Source: Promethearchaeota archaeon
GTDB lineage: Archaea > Asgardarchaeota > Lokiarchaeia > Sigyniarchaeales > SOKP01
Assembly (NCBI GenBank): GCA_048939015.1
Contig: JBHLPW010000001.1
Location: 32,001-96,000 of the forward strand
DNA: 64,000 bases
Direction: 5' to 3'
This document shows, in pieces, positions 28,471 to 38,036 of this stretch (the first letter of the stretch is position 1; the number at the start of each line of letters is the position of its first letter). The position numbers and the translations under genes were made by a program. The notes beneath the pieces are model-generated. The model had not been told where the DNA came from, ran no database searches, and saw nothing but the letters and a program-made list of their open reading frames with translations.

Positions 28471-30189
28471 CTATATATTCAAATAGTAGCAGTCTCTGAC
28501 CCAATAATTGCCTTGGATGTTATAGCAGACTTCCTTTAGATCTGCATCATGTACATACATTACCATGTCATTTCCAACAGCTAACTCAACATAGAGTTCA
28601 TTAAGTGCTCTATTTTGAATTTTATATAGTAAATTAGCTCTTGTAGCTGTATCCAATGGATCAGTTTCTTGATATTGAGTTAACCAATCCAAAATTTGTT
28701 GATCGTTGAGTTGTATGTGATTTGCGCTAGATGCATTATTCAATAAAGGTTCAATCATATTGAATGGATCTAAGTAATCTGGACCCCATCCAGTATGGAA
28801 TAATTCAAGTCTATCTTCGTTGTGGGTTGATACCCAAATGTAGGTCTCCCAGTCCATGATATCTGATACAAGGGAGATACCAATTTTGTCCAAGTCTTGT
28901 CTGAAAGCTTCATTCATCTCTATACCTGTGGTCCATCCTTCATGTTCTAAGACCATATATGTGGCAAAAGTTTTGGCAGACCAGGCTGCATCATTAGTAG
29001 GATTAACTCCAACTGCTTCAGCTGTGAGTCCAGTTGCATCCCAACCCATGTCAGCACAAGCAGCTAACATTGCTTGTCTAGCAATACCTGTATCATGGTG
29101 TGGTGCTTTAAATGATGCATTATAATATGGAAATCCTGGTGGTAGGAATTGTTCAGCTCGAATCATAAAGCCAAGACGGATTATATCGATATAATAGGAA
29201 TAATTATAAGCGTAAGCAATAGCTTTTCTTACATTTGTATTGTTGATCTTATGGTTATTAATACCCCAATATCTGTAAATAGTACTAGTATTTAAATTTA
29301 CAAATTTTATATCTGGATCTGCTTGAAATGTAGCAATAAGAGATGTTAATGGGCCTCCAAGATAATCAACCTCTCCACCTAACATAGCATTGTTAGCGGT
29401 TAAATCATCAGGGTAATACACCCAGATTATCTCATCCCAATAGGTAGAAGGCCCCCAATACATATCAAAGCGTTTAAACTTTAATTCTTCACCTGGTATG
29501 TAGTGTACATATTCAAAAGGACCAGTTCCTACTAAAATATCATCTCCAAGGGTTAAATATTCTGTTGCAGAAGTAGATTCGGGAGATAGAATTGCGCAAG
29601 CATCATAAGATAATAAAGGAATAAACACACCATTTGGTTTATTCAAAACAAAAGTAACATTATAATCATCATTAACAATGGTTTCATTAAGAATTGGATC
29701 ACCTTTCATATCGAAAAATAAGCTGGAAGGATCACATACATGAGAAGTATCAGGTAAAGTCCCAGACCAATTTGTAAAGTACATAATCCTGTCAAAGGTA
29801 AATTTTACAGCATCTGCGTTAAATAGAGTTCCATCATGGAAATACACATTTTCTCTTAAAATGACGGTTAATTCAGTTTGAGTTGCATCCCAGGTAGGAT
29901 ATTCTGCGGCTAATCGCATTTCAAGAGCAAAATCTGGATCATATAAGTCATAGTACCATAAATTATCACAAATATGTCTTATCATATCGTTTGATACACT
30001 ATCCCATGAATCGGCTGGATCCAATACTGCAGGTCCTGAAGTTTCTGCATCTGCGTCTCTAAGTACATTCTTTTTTTCTGGTTGTCTTACTGTACCTGCA
30101 CTTATTCCTAGGATAATATTTCCAACACCAGAAGCAGCAAGAACAATAGCTAAAATTATTATGGCTAAATTTTTTTTCTCCATTTCCAT
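28471..30189 (-). CDS. ABC transporter substrate-binding protein, family 5 (peptide/nickel), N-terminally anchored
   Basis: LRENVYFHDGTLFNADAVKFTFDR, VGTGPF, VRKAIAYA, GWGPDYLDP. Confidence 0.93.
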   Translation of the reverse strand: MEMEKKNLAIIILAIVLAASGVGNIILGISAGTVRQPEKKNVLRDADAETSGPAVLDPADSWDSVSNDMIRHICDNLWYYDLYDPDFALEMRLAAEYPTWDATQTELTVILRENVYFHDGTLFNADAVKFTFDRIMYFTNWSGTLPDTSHVCDPSSLFFDMKGDPILNETIVNDDYNVTFVLNKPNGVFIPLLSYDACAILSPESTSATEYLTLGDDILVGTGPFEYVHYIPGEELKFKRFDMYWGPSTYWDEIIWVYYPDDLTANNAMLGGEVDYLGGPLTSLIATFQADPDIKFVNLNTSTIYRYWGINNHKINNTNVRKAIAYAYNYSYYIDIIRLGFMIRAEQFLPPGFPYYNASFKAPHHDTGIARQAMLAACADMGWDATGLTAEAVGVNPTNDAAWSAKTFATYMVLEHEGWTTGIEMNEAFRQDLDKIGISLVSDIMDWETYIWVSTHNEDRLELFHTGWGPDYLDPFNMIEPLLNNASSANHIQLNDQQILDWLTQYQETDPLDTATRANLLYKIQNRALNELYVELAVGNDMVMYVHDADLKEVCYNIQGNYWVRDCYYLNI

Positions 30190-30476
30190 AACAATTACAC
30201 TTTTTTTTGTTTGTTTAGTTGTTTTTATATATATAGTAAAAAAAATTGCTCTTTTTTACTTAGTTTTTTAAATCTAAATTTTAGATTAATTAAAACACGC
30301 TTTTCTCCTATATAAGGTTTTTATTTATTGTTTTTAGCAAATGTAATTTTCCAAAGTTTCGAGATACTATGTAAAAATTGATTTTTCCAATATTTCAAGA
30401 TATTAGAGAATATATAAAAATCTTCACATTATTCATATATGTCAAGAAATTATGAATAATTAGAAATACCTAAAAA

Positions 30477-30595
30477 TTGAAGAATTCTCCTAGAAGCAAT
30501 ACTTCTAGGAGAAGAGTAATCATTCTTCAATATAAAAATGGAAAAGAAAAGGGAGAGTTGATAAAATAATAAACATAAACCTAATTTTATCAACT
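30477..30595. other. Two inverted-repeat (hairpin) elements in a 755-bp intergenic region
   Basis: TTCTCCTAGAAG-caata-CTTCTAGGAGAA (30485-30513) nested within TTGAAGAAT/ATTCTTCAA; AGTTGATAAAAT-N16-ATTTTATCAACT (30556-30595). Confidence 0.6.
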
Positions 30596-30945
30596 TATTA
30601 GCGTCAGGATATGTATATTTCGATTTCATTAGTTCACATTAATATTAATTTTGTTTATTTTTTATCTAATATAACTAATTTAGTTTCAAAGACTAATTCT
30701 ATATTTCAAGTTTTACTTAAATTAAAACAACCCAATCTGCTATTTAAATCCCGATTATAACATTTCTCAGAAATTTTTATTTTTTAAAATATCATGATAT
30801 CAAAAAGTACATAGTTTTTCAGATTATTCACAATATTAAAGAATTTTAAACTTTTTTAGGATATATTCAATCTGAACTGATATATTATATCACGTCAAAA
30901 TATTTGGACTATAGGTTTTTAGACTTTATTATGGTTTGAGAGTAA

Positions 30946-32196
30946 TTATTTTTTTTCTATAATTCTCGAAAAATCTGTTCTGATAAAGACAAAAATACAT
31001 AAAGATAGTAATAGTGAAATATAGAAAAATGCCCAAAAAAAAGAGAATAGATCATAAATTAATCCAAAAAGTAGGGATTCACTTAATGAGATAAGTCCCA
31101 CAGAAAGGTAATAATAACCATATGCTCTACCTCTCTTGTTTTTACCCGCTAAATCAGCGATATATGCCCTTGAGATAGGATCCACTGATGCTAAATAAAA
31201 ACCATATAATCCATAAATGATAGTAATTATAATAAGTGAAAATAATGAAGATTCTATTGGAATCGCTAAAATTATTGAAGAAAGTAAAAGAGTAGATAAT
31301 CCGCTAACAATTATAGGTTTACGACCGATTTTATCTGATAAAGAGCCCATTACAGGTGATAAAACCATATAAACTATGTTTGTTAACAAATAAAAGATAG
31401 GTATGAGAAATATTAATTCGGAAAAAATATAGTCTCTTGACCTAGCTTGAAGAAATACAATATCTAAACTCGCAAATTCAATTACTCCTAGAATTACAAT
31501 GAGTTTAATAAAATTCTTATCTAATTTATCCATTTTAGGTTCACTATGATGTTGTAATTTTGTTTCATCTATTTTAGTCGGATCAACGTCCTTAATAAAA
31601 AAAATTAATACAATCGCACAGATACCAGGAAAGATAGAAAAGAATATAATTTCAGAATAACTCCATGTCCAAAATAAAAATAAAAATGCAAGAAGAGATC
31701 CAACAACAGCCCCTAATGTATCCATTGCACGATGTACTCCAAAAGCTTTTCCTTTCTCTACTGCATAATAAGATATAAGGGTATCTCTTGAAGATGTTCT
31801 AAGTCCTTTCCCAAATCTATCAGTTGCTTTCAATCCCAAAACCAATTCCCAAGAAGGGCTAAAGCCTATAAAAGGTTTAGAAAGATTTGATATAGAATAT
31901 CCTGCTACAACAAAGGGCTTTCTTCTATTAATTTTATCACTCATCCAACCAGATACACCTTTTAAAATATTAGCTAAAGCCGTTGTGATTCCTGCGATTA
32001 AACCTAAGATAAGTGTAGGATTTTTTTCTACAAGATCTATAATAAATAGGGGGAAAATACTCTGGATCGTCTCACTGGAGACATCAGTGAAAAACGATAC
32101 TAGTCCCATAATAAAAACTGGAACTGATACCCCTAAAATCATTCTTTTTTTCTGAAAATTTTTTTTATTTAGATCATTATTTTCAGATCGGGACAT
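30946..32196 (-). CDS. MFS transporter
   Basis: About 12 TM; GWMSDKINRRKP, DRFGKGLR, GSLSDKIGRKP, RGRAYG. Confidence 0.93.
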   Translation of the reverse strand: MSRSENNDLNKKNFQKKRMILGVSVPVFIMGLVSFFTDVSSETIQSIFPLFIIDLVEKNPTLILGLIAGITTALANILKGVSGWMSDKINRRKPFVVAGYSISNLSKPFIGFSPSWELVLGLKATDRFGKGLRTSSRDTLISYYAVEKGKAFGVHRAMDTLGAVVGSLLAFLFLFWTWSYSEIIFFSIFPGICAIVLIFFIKDVDPTKIDETKLQHHSEPKMDKLDKNFIKLIVILGVIEFASLDIVFLQARSRDYIFSELIFLIPIFYLLTNIVYMVLSPVMGSLSDKIGRKPIIVSGLSTLLLSSIILAIPIESSLFSLIIITIIYGLYGFYLASVDPISRAYIADLAGKNKRGRAYGYYYLSVGLISLSESLLFGLIYDLFSFFWAFFYISLLLSLCIFVFIRTDFSRIIEKK

Positions 32197-32245
32197 ATTT
32201 GATCAGGTAAACCAATCATACGTTTATTATAATGAATTTATTTAA

Positions 32246-32273
32246 TATCGATTACCGATATCGATAATCGATA
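32246..32273. promoter_or_regulatory. 28-bp near-perfect palindrome, probable PadR operator
   Basis: TATCGATTACCGATATCGATAATCGATA has one mismatched pair and lies between the divergent MFS and PadR genes. Confidence 0.7.
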
Positions 32274-32325
32274 ATATTAAATTTGAGTGATAATTTATTA
32301 ATATTATTAATTTTCTATTTTTTTA

Positions 32326-32658
32326 ATGTATAAAATGAATCGAAAAATCAGATCGATAAATCCTTTAAGGAGATTTCAAAAGATTTCCATTTTAGTCTAT
32401 ATATTGTATCATGCGAGTAAAGAACCATTCTATGGTTCTTGGTTAAAAAAGATATTAATTCAAAATGATTACAATATTTCTGATGGGACATTATATCCTT
32501 GGTTGAATAGACTAACATTTTCAGGTCTTTTATCTTTAGAAGAACTAAATGTTAATGGAAAAATAAGGAAATATTATTCTCTCACAGAATTGGGAAAAAA
32601 TCATTTTGAAAAAATTAAGGAGTATCTTAGAGAACTTTATAATGATGTTAAAAGCTAA
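32326..32658 (+). CDS. PadR-family transcriptional regulator
   Basis: EPFYG, ISDGTLYPWLNRL, RKYYSLTELGK. Confidence 0.92.
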   Translation: MYKMNRKIRSINPLRRFQKISILVYILYHASKEPFYGSWLKKILIQNDYNISDGTLYPWLNRLTFSGLLSLEELNVNGKIRKYYSLTELGKNHFEKIKEYLRELYNDVKS

Positions 32659-32774
32659 TATAAATATAAAAATAGATTCCTCTGAATTAATCTCAACTTT
32701 TCTATTTTTATATAAGTTTAATATAAGACAATAAATTTTTTATACTAAATAATAAAAAATTTTTAGTGATTCCA

Positions 32775-33461
32775 ATGTCAGATGAAAAAAAGACGTTAAA
32801 TGTTATTGATAAGACGATTCATGCTGCTGAATCGAGTTTTAAGGAATTCATTGAAGTATTAGAAACCTCACGAAGCGCTTTATTAAACCTTGAAAACGAT
32901 AAAATAGAATTAAGTAATATAAAAGAGACTCTTGAAAAGGAAAAAATACTTTTAGAAGAAGAAAAAGCTAAATTAGAAACTGAAAAACAACAACTAGAGA
33001 TCGATAAAAAAAAATTAGAAGAAGAAACAAAAAAACTTGAAATCGAGAAAAGTGAAAGAGATCAAAAGATAGGATCCCTAACAGAAGAGCAGATGAAACT
33101 ATTAGATGAGTACCAAAAAGTTAAGGTTGAATTGGAAAAATTTATGCAAGCTGCATCTGAAGCGGAAGAAGCGGAATATAATTTTGAGAAAGTTCGTGCA
33201 TTACTTTCAATTTATACAGTCTTAGTATCGGAAATATGGCAAGGACAACCACATTATAGAATTTTAATGACATTGCATGGAGAAAAGGAAGAAATGACAA
33301 GGGATCAAATAAAAACTACAACAGGAATTGGAGGGGCTTTTGTATTACATTCAGTCCAAGAATTAGCAAAAGTAGGGTTAGTGGAATATAACATGGATAC
33401 AAGTATGGTAAAATTAAAAAAACGTCTCTTTCCAAAAAAAGCTTTAGAGGAAAAAAAGTAA
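32775..33461 (+). CDS. Coiled-coil protein with C-terminal winged-helix domain
   Basis: LExEKxx heptad run, then RILMTLHG...MTRDQIKTTTGI...VQELAKVGLVEY. ATG 32775. Confidence 0.75.
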   Translation: MSDEKKTLNVIDKTIHAAESSFKEFIEVLETSRSALLNLENDKIELSNIKETLEKEKILLEEEKAKLETEKQQLEIDKKKLEEETKKLEIEKSERDQKIGSLTEEQMKLLDEYQKVKVELEKFMQAASEAEEAEYNFEKVRALLSIYTVLVSEIWQGQPHYRILMTLHGEKEEMTRDQIKTTTGIGGAFVLHSVQELAKVGLVEYNMDTSMVKLKKRLFPKKALEEKK

Positions 33462-33485
33462 TTTCTCAGATATTTCATTATTTTT

Positions 33486-34532
33486 TTATTTAGTTATAAC
33501 CATCTCGTGAAGTGTACTTCCTGTTTCTAATTCCGATTTTCCTTCAAATGATATATTAAGTTCAAATTTAGAGTTTAATCGAAAATAACCTGGTCTTAAT
33601 TTTAAAAGATTTTTAGCAAGAAAACGTGTAATGGGCCCAAATTCATAAAGTAAATTATCAGCATCTATGATTTCTTGAACCCTAAGAGTAATTTCATATT
33701 GATTTTCTACATTAAACCTTAAGAACTTTGGATAACTATTGTCCGCTTCATCATTATATTCAAAATTTTCTTGTATTAATTCGTATTCACCAGTACTAAG
33801 AATAATGCTTTCATTTTTAGCTAGCATTAAAACTTGTATTGGATAATTTTCCATTTTCTTGTTACATTTTATATAAGCAAAGATTACTGTATAATTCTCA
33901 GAATAAATCCTACCCCAGTACCAATAATCGATTATCATCGCAAAATTGAAATTTAACCAATTATGATCATGGTAACCAATACCTTGTACATGAATCGTTT
34001 CATTGTTAACCTTTATAGTTCCTTCAACGTCTGCTCGAGGTAGAGCTACGACCCAACCAAATTGATTTGACTTTCCGAACTCAATATATCCATTTCCAGG
34101 TTTCCAACCGTAGACCTTAGCCGTATATTTTAAATGAAATCCATACTCACCCTCATCAATAAAAACTTCATAGATGGGTAGTTCCTTATTTGAGTAATCA
34201 ACTTTAATATAATTCTTACCAATTCGCAAATCTGGAGTATCTTTCGAAGCCGTAAAATCTGAATGGAGATAATCAATTACATTCTGTATTTTTTCTCCAT
34301 CAGGTTTATATATCGTAACTTCTACTCCTGTTTTACCAGTTCGTTCATGTTTTGCTCGAAAAAACCCTACCACCGTATAACCATTATCAAGTCGAGCATC
34401 AAAATACCACCATTCTCGGGTTCCCTTCTTTTGCATATCAATGTGTAATGCATCATCTTTAGCTATGATTGGTTTAATTTGGCTATCCTTTCTACCTGGT
34501 CCTAACCAGGCTTCTATAATTTTTGAACTCAT
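33486..34532 (-). CDS. CrtC/tocopherol cyclase/lipocalin-like family protein
   Basis: EWWYFDA, GIGYHDHNW, WYWGR motifs. Confidence 0.75.
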   Translation of the reverse strand: MSSKIIEAWLGPGRKDSQIKPIIAKDDALHIDMQKKGTREWWYFDARLDNGYTVVGFFRAKHERTGKTGVEVTIYKPDGEKIQNVIDYLHSDFTASKDTPDLRIGKNYIKVDYSNKELPIYEVFIDEGEYGFHLKYTAKVYGWKPGNGYIEFGKSNQFGWVVALPRADVEGTIKVNNETIHVQGIGYHDHNWLNFNFAMIIDYWYWGRIYSENYTVIFAYIKCNKKMENYPIQVLMLAKNESIILSTGEYELIQENFEYNDEADNSYPKFLRFNVENQYEITLRVQEIIDADNLLYEFGPITRFLAKNLLKLRPGYFRLNSKFELNISFEGKSELETGSTLHEMVITK

Positions 34533-34574
34533 AATTATTCTTTTTCGTATTATTATTAATATTTAATATCCTTT

Positions 34575-34991
34575 TTACTCGCTATCACTTGTTAAAAATT
34601 TAAATATCTTTAATAAAATGAGTAATTTTCTAATCCCCCGCATTTTTACTTTACGGGTTAACCACAATTTCGCAACCCCTAGTAATGAAAGACGATTCAT
34701 AGCAATAGCAAGAAAAGTTTGTGTATCCATTTCTAAGAAGGCATTCCAGCCTATTTTTTGCTTTTTTAAATTTTCTTTTGGTTTGTTTGGAACACTCTCA
34801 ACTTTTATTACTCCCCTATCAATTACAATTATTGCGGCATGATTTAGATTGGAGGCGTTTAAGAGAATTTTAACGTGAATATTGCTAAATTTAATTTTAA
34901 ATTTTTCATTTTCATTTAGAGGTGTTAAAATACTATTGATAAGAACTGCAAAACCTCTTAATTTTTCATTCTCTTGGTTAGATTCTACCAT
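34575..34991 (-). CDS. SCP2 (sterol carrier)-like lipid-binding protein
   Basis: LEMDTQTFLAIAMNRLS...LWLTRKVKMRG. ATG 34991 avoids the overlap with the upstream gene. Confidence 0.7.
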   Translation of the reverse strand: MVESNQENEKLRGFAVLINSILTPLNENEKFKIKFSNIHVKILLNASNLNHAAIIVIDRGVIKVESVPNKPKENLKKQKIGWNAFLEMDTQTFLAIAMNRLSLLGVAKLWLTRKVKMRGIRKLLILLKIFKFLTSDSE

Positions 34992-35016
34992 GATATTGAT
35001 CCTAATCAAAAAATTT

Positions 35017-36585
35017 TTATTTGGTTTTTGGTGAAATGTAAAATCCAGAATCTGATATATTATTTGGGTCAAAAGCTTCTTTAATTTTTCTTAACCATGT
35101 ATGGTAATTAGACATATGAGGGCCGAATAATTCATGCATACGTGTACCCTCTACGAAGAACGGAGCCCCGAGATGTTTTAATAAATCTAATTGGTTACTC
35201 TTCTCCATATATTCCGCCGTCCCTTTTACGCTGTGTTCTTTAGTTTGATCAAACATTGTAGGGGACTCCATATGAAAATAATGACCTGACTCATATGATG
35301 TCATCCAGGTTCCCTCTCCAAAATCATTTGCAATTACTTCTTTTTTGATAAAATCTTTTTTTAATGATATATTTGATTTAGTACTGCGAAGACATACTGC
35401 GGGAGTATCAGCAACTCCTTTTGACGATTGAAATCCTCCAGTAGCTATAAAACCATGTAATCCTAAATTTGAACGGAGGGCTTCAGCGTAGAAGATAGGA
35501 TTTGGTGTATATATCTTTCCAATAATATTATTTAATTTAAATTTCTGTAGTAGAGAATCCATTACTTTTTGTTTATAATCAAATTCTCCTTTGGTACGTG
35601 CAGCTATTATTACAACTATAGGTGCCTTCATCTGCCCTATTGGGATTTTATCCATTAAACTTTCAATAGAATTAGAAAAAATTGCCATTACAGCAAAACC
35701 CGATAAGAAACTGCACATGAAAGAAATTTCTTTTTCTTCTATTTTCAACATGACTTTTTCGACTTTATTGAAATTGCCACAATCCATAACATATAATTTC
35801 ATAAAATCAGGTGCTTCAAAATCATAGTTGGGAGAATATCCTTTAATATTAAAGTCTGTTTTACAAGGATAAGGAAAAAGTTTTACCGCGACTTTAGTAA
35901 ATACACCGAGACCTGATTTAGTACCAGCCCAACCTCTCATAATGCCACGTAAACTGGGTCCTGGTCCATCTCCATGAAAAAAATCTGGATTGTTTTTTAG
36001 ACCGAAAGCTCCTAATTTCATAATTTCTCCGTTTGGTAATACCCATTCAACAGCTAAAACGTTTCTGGAACTATGTCCCGTCGAAGGAGACGTAAAACCT
36101 GGACCGTTCATTGATGTTGCGCTAGCTAGAGGAGAAACTTGAGGTCCTGCACCAGGCATATGGCAATTAAGCCCATATTTCATTATTTCAACTTGTAGCT
36201 GAGACCCACTCACATAAGGTTCAACTACAGCATACAGGTTTTTTTCATCAATTTTCACAATTTTATTCATTCGACGTAGATCTAAAATAATAGAGTTATC
36301 TACAGAAGGTTGATTCCATGGGCCAAGTCCTGTACTTTGAGCTTTAAATGTAATACCGTATTTATTACATAATTTTATTATTTGTTGAACTTCTTCGGTA
36401 GTTGATGGTAAAATAACCGCTTTAGGAATTGGAGAAAAGGGAATTGGCTCTTTATCTTCCATATAATTAAAAATTTCCATACACCAGTTATATGCATATA
36501 CATTAGTCATAACTTCACTGTCGTCAATATATCCTACTCCAACTACATCCTCAAATTCTTTAAATTTTTCTTTCTCCAGAACCAT
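35017..36585 (-). CDS. FAD-binding oxidoreductase (VAO/GlcD-type FAD_binding_4)
   Basis: PSTTEEVQQII, LDLRRMNKI, VEPYV, VEWVLPNGEI, LGVFTK, IKEAFDPNNI. Confidence 0.88.
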   Translation of the reverse strand: MVLEKEKFKEFEDVVGVGYIDDSEVMTNVYAYNWCMEIFNYMEDKEPIPFSPIPKAVILPSTTEEVQQIIKLCNKYGITFKAQSTGLGPWNQPSVDNSIILDLRRMNKIVKIDEKNLYAVVEPYVSGSQLQVEIMKYGLNCHMPGAGPQVSPLASATSMNGPGFTSPSTGHSSRNVLAVEWVLPNGEIMKLGAFGLKNNPDFFHGDGPGPSLRGIMRGWAGTKSGLGVFTKVAVKLFPYPCKTDFNIKGYSPNYDFEAPDFMKLYVMDCGNFNKVEKVMLKIEEKEISFMCSFLSGFAVMAIFSNSIESLMDKIPIGQMKAPIVVIIAARTKGEFDYKQKVMDSLLQKFKLNNIIGKIYTPNPIFYAEALRSNLGLHGFIATGGFQSSKGVADTPAVCLRSTKSNISLKKDFIKKEVIANDFGEGTWMTSYESGHYFHMESPTMFDQTKEHSVKGTAEYMEKSNQLDLLKHLGAPFFVEGTRMHELFGPHMSNYHTWLRKIKEAFDPNNISDSGFYISPKTK

Positions 36586-37890
36586 TTAAGCTGCCTCACC
36601 TACAGATTCCTTAATTGATTTCTTTTGTGACCTGATCGCCATTAACAATAACTCACTTATATCATAAAACTTCAAATTAGACCCTTTTTCAGTAATACCA
36701 TCTTTTAAATTTGTAGAACAAAAAGGACAAGCAGAAATTAATGCTTCTGCTCCTGTATCCTCTGCTTCTTCAATCCTTTTCTTAGCAGTATTAATCGCAA
36801 ATTCTGGAAATGCTGATTTTACACCTCCTCCTGCACCACAACAATAAGAATACTCTTTTATTCTTTCCATTTCAACGAAATTAAGGCCTGGTATTTTATT
36901 TAACAAATCTCTTGGAGAATCATATATACCATATTTTCCACATCTTTTAGGTTTTTCAGGCATATTAATAGATACAAGAGGCATCATTTGCAATGAATCT
37001 CCATCCCATTCTTCATATGGCTCACAATTACGTCCTAAATGGCAAGGATCATGATAAGTAACTTTAAATGGTATTTCCTTTGTTAATTTTAATTGTTCAT
37101 TATCGAGTAATTCATTGAATAATTCTGAAGTATGAAGTACCTTAAAATCATAATTCCGTTCTAAAGGATAATCGACTTTAAATGTATCATAACATCCAGC
37201 ACAACTAAAAACCACAGTTTCTATTTTTTCTTTTTCGATTATTTCAATATTTTTGTTCAATTGGTCTATAAATGAATTTTTATCTCCTGTTCTTAAAATT
37301 GGACTTCCACAACAAAACTCATTTTTACTTAGAATTTTAAATGGATAGTTTGCAGCATTCAATACTCGTGCTGTAGCAATTGCTATTTCTTTTCTTCTGT
37401 AGGATGATGTACATCCCACAAAATAGAGCGTTTTTGCTTTAGGATCGATTTTAATATCAGTTGGTAACCATTCTACCCGTTTTTCATGAGGTTCATTATA
37501 TGGATTATTTTTATTTTTTATAGATCCAATATATTGTTGCTGTTTAGGCATTGGTCCATATCCAGAAGAGACTAATTTTTCTCTAAGTTTAGTAATAATT
37601 TCAAGTGGTTCCAAAGTATTTAGAAACTTACAGGAAATAGCACAACCTCCACATTCAGTGCATTTATAAACAATTTCGATTAATTCTTTGGAGGGTTCAA
37701 GGCGTCCCATCTCTAACGCTAAAGCAATAATTATACGTCCACCCCCACTATATGCATGGTAATTGTACATATCTATCGAAGGACAAATAGTTGCATATTT
37801 CTGACTCTTAATTTGCAGTTGTGGTATCCATTTACATATAGAACAACGTAAGCAGCGTTTAATCATTTGGTTATATTCAGATTCATTCAA
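36586..37890 (-). CDS. Fe-S oxidoreductase with two CCG domains (GlcF/HdrD-like)
   Basis: CLRCSIC, CTECGGC, FVGC, CCG, YHDPCHLGR, CCGAGGG, ACPFC. Confidence 0.92.
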   Translation of the reverse strand: MNESEYNQMIKRCLRCSICKWIPQLQIKSQKYATICPSIDMYNYHAYSGGGRIIIALALEMGRLEPSKELIEIVYKCTECGGCAISCKFLNTLEPLEIITKLREKLVSSGYGPMPKQQQYIGSIKNKNNPYNEPHEKRVEWLPTDIKIDPKAKTLYFVGCTSSYRRKEIAIATARVLNAANYPFKILSKNEFCCGSPILRTGDKNSFIDQLNKNIEIIEKEKIETVVFSCAGCYDTFKVDYPLERNYDFKVLHTSELFNELLDNEQLKLTKEIPFKVTYHDPCHLGRNCEPYEEWDGDSLQMMPLVSINMPEKPKRCGKYGIYDSPRDLLNKIPGLNFVEMERIKEYSYCCGAGGGVKSAFPEFAINTAKKRIEEAEDTGAEALISACPFCSTNLKDGITEKGSNLKFYDISELLLMAIRSQKKSIKESVGEAA

Positions 37891-38036
37891 TAAAGTAAAA
37901 AATCCCCTTTTTATAAAATATTTAACAAATGCTTGAAATCAAAAGTGATTAATCAAATAAAATGGTATCTATAAAAATCTTATCGCTTTTACTTTTAAAT
38001 ATCAAGCTATAAAGAATTGGTATTTAAGGTTTATAT

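Noticed and set aside
30477-30530. Hairpin as a eukaryote-like SECIS element
   Set aside because: I could not place the AUGA/GA non-Watson-Crick core, and no adjacent gene has an in-frame UGA at a Cys position.
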